From: Verrucomicrobiales bacterium
GTDB taxonomy: Bacteria; Verrucomicrobiota; Verrucomicrobiia; Verrucomicrobiales; Akkermansiaceae
DNA: 25,096 nucleotides
Assembly (NCBI GenBank): GCA_050285825.1
Contig: JBNNED010000097.1
Span: forward strand, 1-25,096
Direction of reading: 5' to 3'
Numbering within the stretch: position 1 is the stretch's first letter; the number at the start of each line of letters is the position of its first letter. A program made the position numbers and the translations under genes. The notes under the pieces were generated by a model that did not search any database, was not told where the DNA came from, and was given only the letters and a program-made list of their open reading frames with translations. Below are positions 8,042 to 16,814 of this stretch, piece by piece.

Positions 8042-8653
8042 ATGAACCCGACCACTTATCAAGACAAACGCAGCCCGGTGAAGCTCATCCTCATCGTAGC
8101 TCTCATCCTCCTCCTCGTCGCCATCAGCGCCGGAGCCGCCTACTGGTGGTGGAGCAACCGCCCCATCGAGCCCACCGTGCTCAGCGCCGCCGAACTCGCG
8201 CAAGTCGAAGAAAAAATCGAAGCCGCGCAAGCCACTCCCGAAAGCCCCGCTTACGAACCTGGCCAAAAAACCATCGTCCTAACGGAACATGAACTCAACG
8301 GCCTGCTCAACCACAACACCCAGCTGGGCGACCAAGTCAAAATCGAGCTCGCTGAAGACGCCGTCCACGCCCGCATCCGCGCCGATCTCGATCCCGAAAT
8401 CCCCGTCGTCGGTGGACGCACCCTGAAGGCCAAAGCGCGCTTCATCGTCAAAACGGAAACCGGCCAACCCGCCATCATCCTCGACGACCTCACCGTCTGG
8501 GGCATTTCCCTGCCCAACGACTGGCTCGCCAACCTCAAAGGCCAGAACCTTCTCGCCACTGTCAGCGGAGAAAGTGCCGAAAACGGCTTCGCCCGCGGCA
8601 TCAAAGAAATCGCCATCCACCAAGGCGAAATCCGCATCGAGCTGAACGAGTAA
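8042..8653 (+). CDS. Hypothetical protein with N-terminal membrane anchor
   Basis: Probable ATG at 8042 (the ORF track starts at 7985); a single TM helix (LILIVALILLLVAISAGAAYWWW) and host-like codon usage. Confidence 0.75.
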   Translation: MNPTTYQDKRSPVKLILIVALILLLVAISAGAAYWWWSNRPIEPTVLSAAELAQVEEKIEAAQATPESPAYEPGQKTIVLTEHELNGLLNHNTQLGDQVKIELAEDAVHARIRADLDPEIPVVGGRTLKAKARFIVKTETGQPAIILDDLTVWGISLPNDWLANLKGQNLLATVSGESAENGFARGIKEIAIHQGEIRIELNE

Positions 8654-8722
8654 GGCTGGAAGCTACTCATAGTATCAACTCATCATACTTCTAAATATGG
8701 ACCGAAACTTGCTCTCAGGATT

Positions 8723-9145
8723 TTGCGTGCTATTCCCTTGATCGCGGGTATCGCTCTATTCTCCAGTAGCATTTCTGGTCTTCTTCAGGCTCAAGAGGCA
8801 GCTGAAAATTATCGGGCTAAGGTAGGTCCAGTTCTGGAGCAATACGTTTTGGGAAAGCAATCAAAACACTATTACACGTCCGAGCAACCCAAGCCAATGA
8901 CGCTTGATGATCAGATCGAGCTTATCCATGAACTACAAAAGCTGAATTTCGATATGGATCGGCAAGAGTCGCCCTCATCGCTAAGATATCAACTTTTCGG
9001 TAGTGTTGCTCTATTGGTTGCAGGCCAATGGCTTATCGTTGATAGAAGCAAGACAAAGTTACGAAAGCCAGTGACTCAACAAGGCGATACAAACCAAGCC
9101 ACTACTCGCCGCGAATCGGAGATTTCAGATAACTATAACCGCTAA
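8723..9145 (+). CDS. AT-rich hypothetical exported/membrane protein, probable gene-cassette ORF
   Basis: 140-aa ORF with a TTG start, signal-peptide-like N-terminus and hydrophobic segment near the C-terminus. Codon usage is unlike the host's (many A/T-ending codons), and the last ~22 codons run into an attC-like sequence. Confidence 0.55.
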   Translation: MRAIPLIAGIALFSSSISGLLQAQEAAENYRAKVGPVLEQYVLGKQSKHYYTSEQPKPMTLDDQIELIHELQKLNFDMDRQESPSSLRYQLFGSVALLVAGQWLIVDRSKTKLRKPVTQQGDTNQATTRRESEISDNYNR

Positions 9146-9197
9146 CTCCATGTCAAAAGCACGCTTCCAGTAGCAGTAGGCGGCCTGAGACACTGGT
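9074..9197 (+). mobile_element. Degenerate attC-like (integron cassette) site
   Basis: ACTCAAC (9074-9080) fits RYYYAAC and is followed by AAGGCG...; partial internal complementarity (CTACT / AGTAG). The tail QQGDTNQATTRRESEISDNYNR resembles C-terminal tails I recall from verrucomicrobial cassette ORFs that read into attC. There is no clean GTTRRRY at the 3' end (CTGGTATAAA). Confidence 0.5.
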
Positions 9198-9199
9198 AT

Positions 9200-9235
9200 A
9201 AAAAAAAGGACGGCTCATCACGAGTCGTCCTTTTT
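9200..9235. terminator. Bidirectional rho-independent terminator
   Basis: aaaaaggacggctc-atcac-gagtcgtccttttt stem-loop with A- and T-tracts, between convergent genes. Confidence 0.88.
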
Positions 9236-9255
9236 AATCGTTCAAAATGCGAGGC

Positions 9256-10338
9256 TCAGGCCTCTTCCGCTTGAAACTCGCTCAAGTCCCAGCTGCTGCG
9301 ACCCAGCCCGGCGGCCAGTTCCGCGAACTCCTTGATTTCCGCTTCCGAGAAGAGCAAACCACCGGCGGCGTCCGTGCGTTGACGGAATCCCGCTTCGATC
9401 TGACCCGGCAGGAGGCACTTTTCGTTACCATGACCGAGGATGTCGTCGAGCACGGCCTTGACGTTGCCCATTTGACCGGCACCCGCCACGAAATCGCCCG
9501 AGGCCCAGGCTTCCGGGTGGATGACCTGGAAGTAAAAGACACAGCTCGTCTTGTCGCCTTCCCGCCCGCGCTGGGTGGGCAAGCTGCCACCGACAAAGGC
9601 CCCCACAATCTCGTTGATGAGAGCCATCCCGTAGCCTTTGTGCGCGCCAAATGGCAGCAGCGCGGCCACTTCGTTCGGGTCATCGGTCGGCTGACCATTC
9701 GCGTCGACCGCCGCGTTCGGCGGCAGGCTCTTGCCCTCCCGTTTCAGCTGTTGGACGCGACCCATGGCCACGGTCGAGGTCGCCCAGTCGATAACGATCG
9801 GGAAACCATTGGCCTCTTGAGTCGGGAAGCCCCAGGAATGCGGGTTCGTGCCCAAAGTCGGGAATTTTCCGCCGAAAGGAACGACCTCCGCCAGCGTCGA
9901 GGTGCAGTTGGTGTAAGCGAGATAGCCGCGCTCAGCCGCCTCCATGACGTAGCCGCCGCCCCAGAGGTAGTGGAAGGCGTTATCAACGGCGACTTGGCCC
10001 ACGCCGTATTCATCCGCGAGCTCGATGCAACGGTCGATCGCGGCCTTCGCCACGGCCTGGCCCAGCTTGCGCTTGGCATCCCAGACCTCGCTGGCCTTGA
10101 AGCGATTCGAGACGACCTCGATCTCAGCACCGGGCACACAGCCGCCGGTCTCCGAGCCAAAAAGATGATCCAAGTGCAGAGCCTTCAGCGCGTTATGCGT
10201 GCGGATACCATGTCGCGTCGCCCCCGCACAGACCTCCACGGCGGCCCGCGCCTCCTCTGCGGAATATCCCCGGCTCTCATAAGCCGCCTGCACTAGCTCA
10301 TCATGCTTCTCTCTCGGAACGATAAAAAACTCACTCAT
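9256..10338 (-). CDS. Ldh_2-family (malate/L-lactate dehydrogenase type 2) oxidoreductase
   Basis: RHGIRTH, A..AIDRCIELADEYGVGQV.V.NAFH, LGTNP..WGFP, DWATSTVAMGRV and LLPFGAHKGYGMALINEI. Confidence 0.9.
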   Translation of the reverse strand: MSEFFIVPREKHDELVQAAYESRGYSAEEARAAVEVCAGATRHGIRTHNALKALHLDHLFGSETGGCVPGAEIEVVSNRFKASEVWDAKRKLGQAVAKAAIDRCIELADEYGVGQVAVDNAFHYLWGGGYVMEAAERGYLAYTNCTSTLAEVVPFGGKFPTLGTNPHSWGFPTQEANGFPIVIDWATSTVAMGRVQQLKREGKSLPPNAAVDANGQPTDDPNEVAALLPFGAHKGYGMALINEIVGAFVGGSLPTQRGREGDKTSCVFYFQVIHPEAWASGDFVAGAGQMGNVKAVLDDILGHGNEKCLLPGQIEAGFRQRTDAAGGLLFSEAEIKEFAELAAGLGRSSWDLSEFQAEEA

Positions 10339-10442
10339 TTGTCATACCGGCGATCACCGCCAGCGCCATCTTGTCCGGCGACCCAACGGAAATCAAGCCT
10401 TGAGCATCACAAGAGAAGCCACCCGCGCCGGGAAGCGACAAA

Positions 10443-12950
10443 TCACTCATGATCGCGTGTGAAAAACCCTTCCTCATCCAAGCGCATTCCGGCCAAAAAC
10501 AACTCTCCCGAGAGCGCCGGTCCCCGCAGGCGTAGTCCGCCCTCCTCTTCTTCGTAGGAAAAGCCCGGGAGCAAGCGCGCGAGCGCTCCCTCTTTCCATC
10601 CCGGTTGGAAAATCATCGTCGTCGTCTCATAATCCGGATGCGGCAGACTGAAGGACAGCACCCGCCCGTCGCGCACCAAACCGCCGAATAGCCCCTCGCT
10701 CCCGCCGGGGAAATCTTCCGCAAAGAAATGCACCTGCGCGCCGAGACCCGAGAGTTTACCGGCCAGGTTCTCGCGCCCCTGAACCCGATGCAGGATGACG
10801 CGATCCGCCGAGAAACGTTCGGTTTCCGCGAGAATTTCGGCAACTGAAGCCCCGGCCTCGACAAAACTCACCCGCGCTCCGATCATTTCCGGCCAGAGGG
10901 TGCCGAGAATTTCCTCGAGCTCGTCCCCGCCGCCGCGCTCGATGAGGAGGCGGTTTTCCCAACAGGCCACGTTCACCTGCGCCAGCTGCAAAGCGTTCGC
11001 CGTCAAGGACTCGTCCCCGCCCTTGGCCGTGGCCTCCCTCGTCCGCTGAAGCAAGGTCTCCCGTGAAAGCGCACTCAACTCACGCCGCAGGCGGCCCACT
11101 GGCATCTCGCGTCCCCTCACCGCGTCTCCGAAGGCGACAGTCACTCCGTAGCGGAGTTTGCGCGGCCATTTTTTCAAAAAACGGTTCCCGATAAAACTCC
11201 ACATCGAACCCCACAGACCATCGAGGTATGCCGGGACGACCACGGCCTCGGCTCGCCGCGCCATCAATTCATAGCCTCGTTTCAGCTCGGACATCGCGCC
11301 GGTGCGGCTCAGTTGCCCTTCCGGAAACAGGCAGACCACCGCCCCCGCCTCCAGGGCTTCCGCGACAATAGCCACCGCTTCCTTGGCCCGCTTGGGGGAA
11401 ATCGGCACCGTGCGAAAGAGCCGCGCGCCGCGACCCAGCCATTTGCGCTCAAAACAGTCGTCGATCATCACGAAACGGATCTCGCGCGGGCAAGCCGCCT
11501 GCAACAAAAGGGCATCGAGATAGCTCAGATGATTCGGCAGCAGCAGCACCCCGCCCACACGCGGCAGCCGTTCCTCGCCCAACACGCGCACGCGGTAAAC
11601 CAGACGCAACACGCCGAGAACGAGGAGTCGCACGAAATCCCGGGGCAGCAAACGCGCCACATAAACCGTCGCAGCGGCACAAATCACGCCCAGAAAAAGC
11701 AACTGTCCCCAGACCGGCACCCCGAGAAATTCCATGGCAAACTGCAAAGCGACCGCCAGCACGCCCGCGCCGTTGTTCAGGAGATTCGAGGCCGAAATGA
11801 CCTTTCCACGCTCGTCGTCGGGGGCTTCGTCCTGCAAAAAAGCGTTTAGCGGGACGAAGAAAAAGGCGGCCCCCACGCCCGTGAAGGCCAGGGCCAGCTT
11901 GAACCAGCCTTCCCAGGGCAGGAGCGCGACCATGGCGAAGTTCCCCAGCGCCAGCATCGCCCCGCCCAGCACGATGAGCCCCAGTTCGTTGCGCTTGCGA
12001 CAGATCAAGCTCGCCACGAGGCTTCCGCCCGCGATGCCCACCACGGCCATCGCCCACAACAAGGCATTTCCCGTCCCAAAACCCTCGCTCGTGCCGTAGC
12101 GCTCCGTCGCGAGCTGGATGACAACGAGATTCAGCATCCCGCCAAAACCCCAGAAGAAGGCCACGCCCCAGGCCGAGAGTCGTAAAGACCTCTCCCGCAA
12201 CAAACTCCGCACATCACGAAAATGCCCAAAAGCCACCTTCGGCCCGTAAGGTTCCGGCTGCCGGGCCGGCGTCCGCATCATGGCGTGCGCGAGGAAGAGA
12301 GAAAAAATCCCGCCCATCCAGATCCAGAAAACGGGCGTCAGCGCGGCCGCCCATTCGTTTTTCCCTGCCGCAAGACCCCAGGAATCATACCAGATGCCCC
12401 CGACGATCTGGCCGCCGAGAATGGCGAGGATGACCGTTCCTTCCATCACGCCGTTGGCAAAACCAAGCCGCCGCGAGCCCACGAGTTCTTTCACCACCCC
12501 CATTTTCGAGGGACTCAGCAAGGCCGACTGCACGGCAAGGAGAAAGTAAGCGAAGACCGCGACCCACAAGCCGAGCAGAGCCGAGCCCCGCAGCCCCATC
12601 CATAAACCCCACACCATCAAGGCCAGGACCGTGAATTGGAACCAGGCCGACCAGACAATGATGCGGTTCTTGGGAAAGCGATCCGCCAGCCAGCCAGCCG
12701 TCGGAGCCAAAATAATGAAGGGCAAGACGAGCAAGAGAACGAGGACGTGCTGAATCCCCTGAAAAGCCTGCCCCGCCGCCGCCAAGCCGACCCCGAAGGG
12801 AATGAGCACGAATTTGGCGACGTTGTCATTGAAGGCATTCAGGGTCTGCATCCCCGTCAGACTCCAGAACGATCCCCAGTGGCGGCGCGACGGCTCGAAA
12901 TCAAGTTCACTCACGCCCGCATCCAACACCGGATCACCCCCCTCTGCCAA
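10443..12950 (-). CDS. MFS transporter (LplT-like) fused to PlsC-type acyltransferase and a degenerate AMP-binding remnant (Aas-like)
   Basis: QTLNAFNDNVAK and LPFIILAPTAGWLADRFPK plus about 12 TM helices; acyltransferase motifs PNHLSYLD and FPEGQLSRTG. Confidence 0.9.
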   Translation of the reverse strand: MAEGGDPVLDAGVSELDFEPSRRHWGSFWSLTGMQTLNAFNDNVAKFVLIPFGVGLAAAGQAFQGIQHVLVLLLVLPFIILAPTAGWLADRFPKNRIIVWSAWFQFTVLALMVWGLWMGLRGSALLGLWVAVFAYFLLAVQSALLSPSKMGVVKELVGSRRLGFANGVMEGTVILAILGGQIVGGIWYDSWGLAAGKNEWAAALTPVFWIWMGGIFSLFLAHAMMRTPARQPEPYGPKVAFGHFRDVRSLLRERSLRLSAWGVAFFWGFGGMLNLVVIQLATERYGTSEGFGTGNALLWAMAVVGIAGGSLVASLICRKRNELGLIVLGGAMLALGNFAMVALLPWEGWFKLALAFTGVGAAFFFVPLNAFLQDEAPDDERGKVISASNLLNNGAGVLAVALQFAMEFLGVPVWGQLLFLGVICAAATVYVARLLPRDFVRLLVLGVLRLVYRVRVLGEERLPRVGGVLLLPNHLSYLDALLLQAACPREIRFVMIDDCFERKWLGRGARLFRTVPISPKRAKEAVAIVAEALEAGAVVCLFPEGQLSRTGAMSELKRGYELMARRAEAVVVPAYLDGLWGSMWSFIGNRFLKKWPRKLRYGVTVAFGDAVRGREMPVGRLRRELSALSRETLLQRTREATAKGGDESLTANALQLAQVNVACWENRLLIERGGGDELEEILGTLWPEMIGARVSFVEAGASVAEILAETERFSADRVILHRVQGRENLAGKLSGLGAQVHFFAEDFPGGSEGLFGGLVRDGRVLSFSLPHPDYETTTMIFQPGWKEGALARLLPGFSYEEEEGGLRLRGPALSGELFLAGMRLDEEGFFTRDHE

Positions 12951-13183
12951 TTGAATAAATCAATCCAAGCATCGAGGACGATCAAGTGAGACAGCGGCTG
13001 ACTCCAACGAGCTCTCCCCCCAAAAACCAAATGATCAAAAAACTCAAAAACCAAAGCAGCCGCTGAAACGAGGTGGAGGTTTTCAATCGCCAAGCCTCCA
13101 ACACGGCTGACTACCAACCGATCACTTCTGAAAAAACAGCAGCCGCCAGACCGCGCAGCCCAGAGGCAAGCCCAGCACCGGTT

Positions 13184-13218
13184 AACTAATGACTAACAAC
13201 CAATGACCAATGACTCAC
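13184..13218 (+). repeat. Orphan heptamer array ((A/G)AC(C/T)AA(T/C)) just downstream of rnr
   Basis: aactaat gactaac aaccaat gaccaat gactcac, five units at an exact 7-nt period. Confidence 0.82.
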
Positions 13219-13230
13219 CCAGGTCTCACT

Positions 13231-15645
13231 TCAGCTCCGCTTCCGATTGGAAGATGAACCGGAGCGACGCGACTTGTTTTTTCCACGATTCCCCCCACCC
13301 GAGCCACTGCGACGGCTGCGCCCGCCGCTGCTGCTTTTGTTTCGGGAGCTGGAACTGTTTTGGCGTCGACTACTCTTTTGGACCTTTCCTCCGCGGGCGG
13401 CGCGACTGGGCTTCGTCGTCGCGCCACTCGGCTTATTCGGCATTTCACCGGCTTCGACGAGGACGAAATCCGCGTTTTTATTGAGCAAATCGACACTTTT
13501 GACGCGCACTTTGATCTGCTGCCCGGCGCGCAACTCGCTGCCTTGACCGTCTTCGTATCGTCCCACCGATTCGTTGACGCGCCAGCGACCGCGGGGCGTG
13601 ATGTCCTCGCGTTTGACCAGTCCGCGCTGGAGGATGTCCGTGCACTCGATGAAGAGGCCGATGGGGCGGAGCTCCGTGATGATGGCCTCGAAGAGACGCG
13701 GTTCTTCCGCACGACTCAGAATGTCGAGCCATTCCAGCATTTTCATGCGGCGGCTTTCGTTTTCCGCGTCCGCGCTCGTGCGCTCCGTGTTGGAAATGGC
13801 CTCCGCGATCTGCGCGAGCTCTTCTTTTTTCGGCAGGCGATCCGTCTGGCGCGGCTTGTTCGTCAACAAGGCCTGCAGAGAGCGGTGCGTGATGAGGTCG
13901 GCGTAGCGCCGGATCGGACTCGTGAAGTGGCAGTAGTCGTTCTTTGATAAGCCGTAATGCCCCAGCGGCTCGGTCATGTAGGCAGCGCGTTTCAGACTCT
14001 TGAGAAGCCCCAGCTTGATGTTGTGCTCTTCGATCGTCCCGCGGGCGGCATCGATGAGGGCCTGGATGTGCTGTTTTTTGCTGAGATCCCCCGGCTCGTA
14101 ACCGTGAGAGCGCGCCAACTCGGCGAATTCCTGCAAGCGATCGGCGTCCGGATCCTCGTGAACGCGGTAAATATTCGGTCGGTGCGCGTTTTTGAGCGCC
14201 CGCGCCACCGCTTCGTTCGCCGCGAGCATAAATTCTTCGACGAGCTGGTGACTTTCGTTATACGGGTCGTTTTTATAACCCGTCGGCACGCCTTTCTCGT
14301 TCAAAATAATGCGCACCTCGGGCATGTCGAGATCAAGCGCCCCATTCTCAAAACGCCGCTTGCGCAGCAGCGAAGCGAGCTCCCAGGAGGTCTTCACAAG
14401 CTCATCAATCCGTCCGCCCTGCCCCTTTCCTTCCAAAATTTCCTGCGCCTCTTCGTAGGTCAACTTGCGCGGCACGCGGATGACGGCATCGAAAAATTCC
14501 GCCTTCGCGATGCGTCCGTTCGGCTCGATGTCCATGAGCGCGCACTTGCTGAGCCGGTCCACGCCGGGCTTCAGCGAGCAAATGCCATTACTCAGCTCCA
14601 CCGGCAGCATCGGCATGACGCGGTCGACGAGATAGGTCGAGTTCCCCCGCTCCACGGCCTCCTGGTCAATGATCGACCCAGGTTTCACGTAATGCGAGAC
14701 ATCCGCGATGTGCACCGCGAGTCGCCAGCCCTTCGCCGTTTTTTCCACCCAAATGGCGTCGTCGTGGTCTTTGGCGTCCGCCGGGTCGATCGTGATCACG
14801 TCCCGATCCCGCCAGTCCTCGCGTCGCTCCAGCTCCACGGGCTCGACCTCTTCCGGCACCGAGCGCGCTGCTTCGAGCACTTCCGGCGGGAATTCCCGCG
14901 CCAATCCGTGCTGGTGAATGATCTCCTGCACGTCCACGCCCGCCTCGTCCGGCCAGCCCAGGACGCGCACCACGCGCCCCACCGGGACATCGTTCGGGTG
15001 CTCCCATTTCGTCAACTCCACGGCGACCACCTGGCCTTTTTTCGCCTCCGCAATATCCTCGATTTCAATGACATCCGGCAAACGCTCATCGTCCGTGTTC
15101 ACGACAAAGCTCTTCCCGCGCGGGACGAGAATGCCCGTGGCCTGGCCGGAGCGCCGCTTGAGCACTTTTTCGACCTTTCCCTTGCGCTCCATCTCGACCG
15201 GCTTGCCCCGGCTCTGCCGTCCGCCCACCGGCGTCGGTTTTTGCAAACGCACCAGCACCTCGTCGCCATTCAGAGCCGTCCACAAATCTCGCTGTTGGAC
15301 GAAAAAGCGGTCGGTCTCCTCAAAATCAATCCCAGAAGCCAAATTCTCCTCATTCGTCAAATCCGGCATGAACCAAGCGTGGCCGGAAGGCATGAAGCGC
15401 ACGCGTCCGACCAGGACATTCTTCCCCCGGGCGGGCGATTTCTCCACGGGAAGCTGGTAGCGTCCACGTTTTCCTTTCACCACCTCGCCTGCCGCCAGCA
15501 GCAGCTTCAAAGCCTCGCGCATCTTCGCACGCTCCGCACCGGGCAGACTCAAATTCCGCGCCAACTCACTCTTATTCAAAGGCCTTCCGCCCTCCGCGCC
15601 CAGGGCGCTCAAAATCTTTTTCTGCATTCCACTCTGTCCTGCCAT
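13231..15645 (-). CDS. rnr: Ribonuclease R
   Basis: N-terminal HTH and cold-shock domains; RNB motifs TIDPADAKDHDDA, VHIADVSHYV, EEFMLAAN and YCHFTSPIRRYADL; S1 domain and a basic C-terminal tail. Confidence 0.95.
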   Translation of the reverse strand: MAGQSGMQKKILSALGAEGGRPLNKSELARNLSLPGAERAKMREALKLLLAAGEVVKGKRGRYQLPVEKSPARGKNVLVGRVRFMPSGHAWFMPDLTNEENLASGIDFEETDRFFVQQRDLWTALNGDEVLVRLQKPTPVGGRQSRGKPVEMERKGKVEKVLKRRSGQATGILVPRGKSFVVNTDDERLPDVIEIEDIAEAKKGQVVAVELTKWEHPNDVPVGRVVRVLGWPDEAGVDVQEIIHQHGLAREFPPEVLEAARSVPEEVEPVELERREDWRDRDVITIDPADAKDHDDAIWVEKTAKGWRLAVHIADVSHYVKPGSIIDQEAVERGNSTYLVDRVMPMLPVELSNGICSLKPGVDRLSKCALMDIEPNGRIAKAEFFDAVIRVPRKLTYEEAQEILEGKGQGGRIDELVKTSWELASLLRKRRFENGALDLDMPEVRIILNEKGVPTGYKNDPYNESHQLVEEFMLAANEAVARALKNAHRPNIYRVHEDPDADRLQEFAELARSHGYEPGDLSKKQHIQALIDAARGTIEEHNIKLGLLKSLKRAAYMTEPLGHYGLSKNDYCHFTSPIRRYADLITHRSLQALLTNKPRQTDRLPKKEELAQIAEAISNTERTSADAENESRRMKMLEWLDILSRAEEPRLFEAIITELRPIGLFIECTDILQRGLVKREDITPRGRWRVNESVGRYEDGQGSELRAGQQIKVRVKSVDLLNKNADFVLVEAGEMPNKPSGATTKPSRAARGGKVQKSSRRQNSSSSRNKSSSGGRSRRSGSGGGNRGKNKSRRSGSSSNRKRS

Positions 15646-15844
15646 ATCGCTATCTTCTCACAGCCCGCGCTTCCGACAACCACTGATTTTTTTATTTATT
15701 GCCAAAAGCCCCCAAAAAGGCTATTTTGTATGTGCAATGTAATAAGGAACTGTTTGATTTCTCGCAAGCTTCTTCCTCGGACATTGCCAAGTGCCCGGAC
15801 TTCGGTTAAGGCTCCCTATCATAACCCACTGAATAAAACACACC

Positions 15845-16405
15845 ATGAATACCCAACAAAAAACGGCCCGACGCCAGGGCTTCACTCTCGTGGAGCTCCT
15901 CGTCGTCATCGCCATCATTGCCATCCTGGCCTCCCTCGGCTTCACCGGATTCCGTTCCGCGATCGAAGCCGCTAAAAAAGCCAGTGCCAAAAACCACGTC
16001 GTCGGCCTTGTCCAAGCCATCGACGCCTACTACGACGACTACAGCCAGCTTCCTAAAGAAGGTACAAGTTACGAGACGAATACTTCATTTATGGGGATTC
16101 TCGTCGGGTTAGACAGTTACTCGAGTGACAACCCGAAGAAAACTTCCTTCTTCAACGCGGCCAAAGCCAAAGGCGCAGGAAGTAATTACCGTGACGGGCT
16201 ACGCCGCACCGCCTCAATCGCCGAACTCTACGACCCTTGGGGCGAGCTCTATCATGTCGAACTAGATGATGATTACGACAATAAAATCGCTAACCCTCTC
16301 AGTGGTGGTGACTCAGAGCTATATGGCGTCCGTAGTCTCGCCTACAGCTACGGCCGCGACAAGGCCGAAAACGGCAACGACGACGTCAAATCCTGGGAGC
16401 AATAA
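15845..16405 (+). CDS. Prepilin-type N-terminal cleavage/methylation protein (T2SS/type IV pilin-like)
   Basis: RRQG|FTLVELLVVIAIIAILASL class III signal peptide; DPWG..Y motif and GspG-like C-terminus YSYGRD...GNDDVKSW. Confidence 0.93.
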   Translation: MNTQQKTARRQGFTLVELLVVIAIIAILASLGFTGFRSAIEAAKKASAKNHVVGLVQAIDAYYDDYSQLPKEGTSYETNTSFMGILVGLDSYSSDNPKKTSFFNAAKAKGAGSNYRDGLRRTASIAELYDPWGELYHVELDDDYDNKIANPLSGGDSELYGVRSLAYSYGRDKAENGNDDVKSWEQ

Positions 16406-16432
16406 GCCACCCCGCCGTCACCCACACACCAC

Positions 16433-16461
16433 AACCGACCCCTCACCGGGTCGGTTTTTTT
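16433..16461 (+). terminator. Rho-independent terminator after the pilin-like gene
   Basis: aaccgaccc-ctcacc-gggtcggtt followed by a T-run. Confidence 0.85.
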
Positions 16462-16484
16462 GTTGTTGATGGATCTTTAGGAAC

Positions 16485-16737
16485 GCCAAGCTCCAGCTTG
16501 GCTCCTTCGTCTCCACCGAAAAATCCACTACGGCCAACACGGACGAAACGTCTGTGCCACGCTTCTCCCTGAAGGTCCTTCGGCGGATTCAACGCACCAA
16601 AAAGCCCCAACAAGACGCCAGCTTCGGGTTTTAGTGAAAGGGAAAAACTCCAAAAAGTCCCAACGGGACGCGCTGTGCGAGCCTGGGGCATCGCCCTGGG
16701 TTACGATCGACCGCGAAAAAACGAGCCCTGAAGGGGC
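16485..16737. repeat. Cluster of short REP-like palindromes
   Basis: gccaagc-tcca-gcttggc (16485-16502), gtccc-aac-gggac (16657-16669), cctggggc-atc-gccctggg (16682-16700) and gccct-gaa-ggggc (16725-16737), in a non-coding gap between convergent genes. Confidence 0.7.
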
Positions 16738-16814
16738 GCGCCATTCATCTCCTCCCTCACGCCGCGAACACAAGACACGGACGAGACGTCCATGCCCATT
16801 GGCGCTCTCTCGAC

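Noticed and set aside
701-8266. Long minus-strand ORFs (701-1567, 1951-3156, 3214-4044, 4632-6320, 6800-7936 and others) and Ser/Pro/Thr-rich + strand ORFs (798-1592, 2852-3787, 4387-5832, 6936-7988)
   Set aside because: Shadow frames of real genes. High GC and C-ending codon bias remove stop codons in alternative frames, and the translations are low-complexity with no motifs.
8654-8663. GGCTGGAAGC, a reverse-complement half of the REP core at the left edge of the AT-rich insert
   Set aside because: Only a 10-nt match, which could be chance in a GC-rich 25-kb window; not enough to claim REP-targeted integration.
12911-13180. 68-aa ORF 12911-13117 and A-rich CAAA repeats at 13021-13056
   Set aside because: The ORF has no recognisable homology or codon bias, and the repeat spacing (7, 8, 9, 7) is too irregular to call an array.
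13957-15975. 672-aa + strand ORF, and the similar 9247-10296, 16827-17717, 19371-20405 and 20733-22481
   Set aside because: Antisense to rnr, Ldh_2, DUF1552, smpB/rpoZ and MBL/pyrF respectively; no independent motifs or coding signal.
16443-16691. 82-aa minus-strand ORF as a RAYT transposase remnant
   Set aside because: No HUH or catalytic Tyr motif recognisable; much of the sequence is translated palindrome.
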